Source: Octopus vulgaris
Lineage: Eukaryota
Length of the DNA: 64,000 nt
Reading direction: 5' to 3'
NCBI GenBank assembly: GCA_951406725.2
Contig: OX597820.1
Coordinates: 8,184,001-8,248,000 of the forward strand
Shown here: positions 62,701 through 64,000 of the stretch, piece by piece
Layout: every line of letters begins with the position of its first letter
Position numbering within the stretch: the first letter of the stretch is position 1
Made by a program: the position numbers and the translations under genes
The notes under the pieces: generated by a model
Told to the model about the DNA's origin: nothing
Databases searched by the model: none
The model's input: the letters and a program-made list of their open reading frames with translations, nothing else

Positions 62701-63940
62701 CCTGAGAATTTCATTAAGGATACAAATGTCTGTGGAATATTCAACCACTTAGATGACAATTCATTGAGGAGAAGGGAGTTTAATTGTTCTAACAACTCAA
62801 AACTTATGGCTGGAAATTCTGGAAATTTTGTGAAATGATTGGCATTAGGAAAGGCATTCAGCCATAGAAATCATGCCACAACAGACACAGGGACTGGACA
62901 TGGTCAGTGGAGCTGTTGGATCCTGTCAAAGTGTCCAACCCTTATCAGATGTGAAGGACATTAACCCTTTTGTTACCATATTTCTGTTGAGATGCTCTGT
63001 GTTTCTCTCAATTACTTTAAATATAACAAAGAATTTAGTAAAATAACATAGTTATCATTAAGCTAGTGTTAGGAACAAATTGTGACTAAGGTTTGGTGGA
63101 AGATTTTAATTCAAAACTTATAAAAACAGGACATTTGTACTCAGAGCCAGAGGCAGTTTTAGTTAGGTTGGTATCAAAAGGGTTAAGAATTGTTTCTCTA
63201 TTATATATTTTAACCCTTTTGTTACCATATTTCTATTGAGATGCTCTGTGTTTCTTTCAATTACTTTAAATATAACAAAGAACTTAGTAAAATAAGTTAG
63301 TTATCATTCAGCTAGTGTTAGGAACATAAATTGTGACTAAGGTTTGGTGGAAGATTTTAATTTAAAACTTATGAAAATAAGACATTTGTATTACAGAGCC
63401 AGAGGCGGTTTCGGCCGGATTGGTATCATAAGGGTTAAAAGATGAGGATCACACACACACACACACAAATATATCATCATAGAAACGAAGAGAAAGACTA
63501 TAAATGCAACATGAAACTATTCAATGAAGAGTGATTGGATATTTCGGTCAATTCAAAAATACGATGACAGAATGATTTTAAATCTTTTTTTAAAAATAGT
63601 TTCTGGGGTAACAACTCTTGTAGCTGTTGTTACTGTGAGTGTTGAAATATAGAATAAACTAAGTTTTCAGTTACCATGGAAACAGAAAATAAGTTATTAC
63701 AAAACAAAAAAAAGAACTTAAAGTTTTTTTTTTTTATTCTTATATCATCATCATCGTCATCACCATCATCATTTAATATCCATCTTCGTTGTTGCTAGGT
63801 ATGGGTATTGGACAGTTCGGCTTTATCCAGAGTTATTTTAAACTAACATTTACATGCTATCAATTATAGCTTTATCTACTTCAAGTTCCACCATTACAAA
63901 TTAACTATTTCATAGCTCTAGAAGGTTCTAAATTCTTAGG

Positions 63941-63974
<34 letters not shown>

Positions 63975-64000
63975 TGGCATCAAGATATATATATATATAT
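62701..64000 (+). repeat. Near-identical copy of 56470-~57760 (offset 6231), starting immediately after the gap
   Basis: Base-for-base match apart from small microsatellite indels and rare substitutions. Confidence 0.92.

Overview
Eukaryotic, AT-rich, very repeat-dense DNA. The SINE and RTE repeat families and microsatellite load suggest an octopus (coleoid cephalopod) genome; this is an inference and the species is undetermined. I reconstructed two intron-containing genes by hand with consistent GT-AG sites and phases. FDXACB1 lies on + (5 coding exons, 12096-23398, ~604 aa). A convergent CD151/TSPAN11-like tetraspanin lies on - (7 coding exons, 47225-28262, ~250 aa). The rest is tRNA-derived SINEs, RTE/CR1/Tx1-like LINE remnants, a decayed Tc1 element, MITEs, Helitron-like elements, microsatellites, local duplications and a 100-N gap. 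The most striking signal is about 15 minimal type-I hammerhead ribozyme motifs from ~5 distinct sequence families. They include a retrozyme-like ~204-bp tandem array (5 copies) with a non-canonical CUGUAGA core, and two foldback elements carrying a hammerhead on each arm. All ribozyme calls are by eye and untested.
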